Assembly: GCA_944383355.1 (NCBI GenBank)
Contig: CALWPF010000004.1
Span: 5,086-69,085 of the forward strand
Reading direction: 5' to 3'
DNA from: an uncultured Clostridia bacterium
GTDB taxonomy: Bacteria > Bacillota > Clostridia > Christensenellales > UBA1242
Length of the DNA: 64,000 nucleotides
Under the pieces are notes generated by a model, which saw only the letters and a program-made list of their open reading frames with translations, was not told the origin of the DNA and searched no databases. Below are positions 63,064-64,000 of the stretch, one piece after another. Made by a program: the position numbers and the translations under genes. Within the stretch, counting starts at the first letter, position 1. Every line of letters starts with the position of its first letter.

Positions 63064-63909
63064 ATGAGTTTTCTTAGCAAAATTACCTCTAGTGATCTTA
63101 GGCATTTCTATAGTAAAGATGTTGAGGTACTTTGGTATGATTACGACCAAATTGATGATATTTTAACTATCGAATTGGCAAAAACTATTGAGCAAGATGA
63201 TGAGTACAAAGATGATGAGAGCGAACTTGCTATACAAACATTTACGGAGCAATACAAGGATTTTGAAGAAATATTAGTTAACCCTAAGGCTACCAAAAAT
63301 TACCCTAATATTTTTGCTTTTCTTACCAGCCATCCTACCATGGGTAATGAGTATGCCATTGAATATATTACACATCTGGAATCTTCCATGAGAGAACATA
63401 TCAGTTTCCTCAAAGGGTTGACATTGGGCAGAGAAATGAATAACTGCGTAGAAAAAAATGACAGTTTTGTAGAAAGCTTCACAACCGCCATGTTTCAAGA
63501 TTTTATTGATACTCAAAAGTTAGAGGTCGAGTCACTCACCTGTCGTGATACTCCACAATTTTTTGGTACTATCGTAAAAAGAAAAAAGAACAACGATGGG
63601 AGTATTACAGTAATAAATGCTAGACGTGAAACACTGACATTAGATGATTTTCATATTCATGATCATCCAAACCAAGATGCAGAATGGCAAGAATATTGTG
63701 CTCATTTATGTGGGTTTGATTATGTGCTCGATCTAGAACGCAAATTACAGAGTGAAATATGTCTCACAGCTATAAAATTACAGCGCCCTGAGATGTGTCC
63801 TAAGTCCGTAAAGCAAGATACATTAGAGAGATATTTTGATAGTTCTACTCCTGCCACTCACAATAATATACCTTCTGTTGATACAAAGACTACCAGATCA
63901 TTAATATAA
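63064..63909 (+). CDS. Hypothetical acidic protein (281 aa)
   Basis: AGGGGTG RBS, consensus promoter, terminator at 63977-64000; no recognised motif. Confidence 0.8.
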   Translation: MSFLSKITSSDLRHFYSKDVEVLWYDYDQIDDILTIELAKTIEQDDEYKDDESELAIQTFTEQYKDFEEILVNPKATKNYPNIFAFLTSHPTMGNEYAIEYITHLESSMREHISFLKGLTLGREMNNCVEKNDSFVESFTTAMFQDFIDTQKLEVESLTCRDTPQFFGTIVKRKKNNDGSITVINARRETLTLDDFHIHDHPNQDAEWQEYCAHLCGFDYVLDLERKLQSEICLTAIKLQRPEMCPKSVKQDTLERYFDSSTPATHNNIPSVDTKTTRSLI

Positions 63910-63976
63910 CAACAAGGCCAAATAACTAAAACATCACTCTTTATCAATCTATAAATAGCTTATGTTCTTTTACCTT

Positions 63977-64000
63977 AGCCCTAACCGTTGTTAGGGCTTT
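63977..64000 (+). terminator. Terminator after 281-aa gene
   Basis: AGCCCTAAC-CGTT-GTTAGGGCT followed by T at window end. Confidence 0.75.

Overview
AT-rich chromosomal window from a spore-forming, Clostridia-like Firmicute (taxonomy inferred from gene content, a Thr T-box, class A RNase P RNA and sporulation genes). It is almost entirely housekeeping and mostly on the minus strand: miaA(partial)-mutL-mutS-miaB, rny-recA-cinA-like-pgsA-rimO-ftsK, rpsO, recJ-secDF-yajC-ruvABC, four tRNAs, fakA-yloU-rpmB-spoVM-rpe-rsgA-priA-rpoZ-gatCAB-ligA-pcrA, rplS-rnhB-rbgA-trmD-rimM-rpsP-ffh-ylxM, thrS, rarA and rnpB. I see no integrase, transposase, prophage, CRISPR array or defence island, and no clear-cut new multi-gene system. 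The best leads are: (1) in-frame TAA stops inside rimO and near the end of ffh, both followed by conserved in-frame sequence and sharing the context TAA-WAT-GGT; (2) an RNase P RNA whose P12 is expanded to about 75 nt and carries an apparently unpaired anti-Shine-Dalgarno sequence; (3) a 28-aa spoVM missed by the ORF track and a 73-aa basic Ser-rich orphan; (4) intact but motif-eroded pseudoenzyme-like ORFs (CinA, HemZ, DegV, GH94-like); (5) conserved Firmicute gene orders with many internal genes missing, suggesting genome reduction. All family calls come from motif recognition by eye; no database searches were run.
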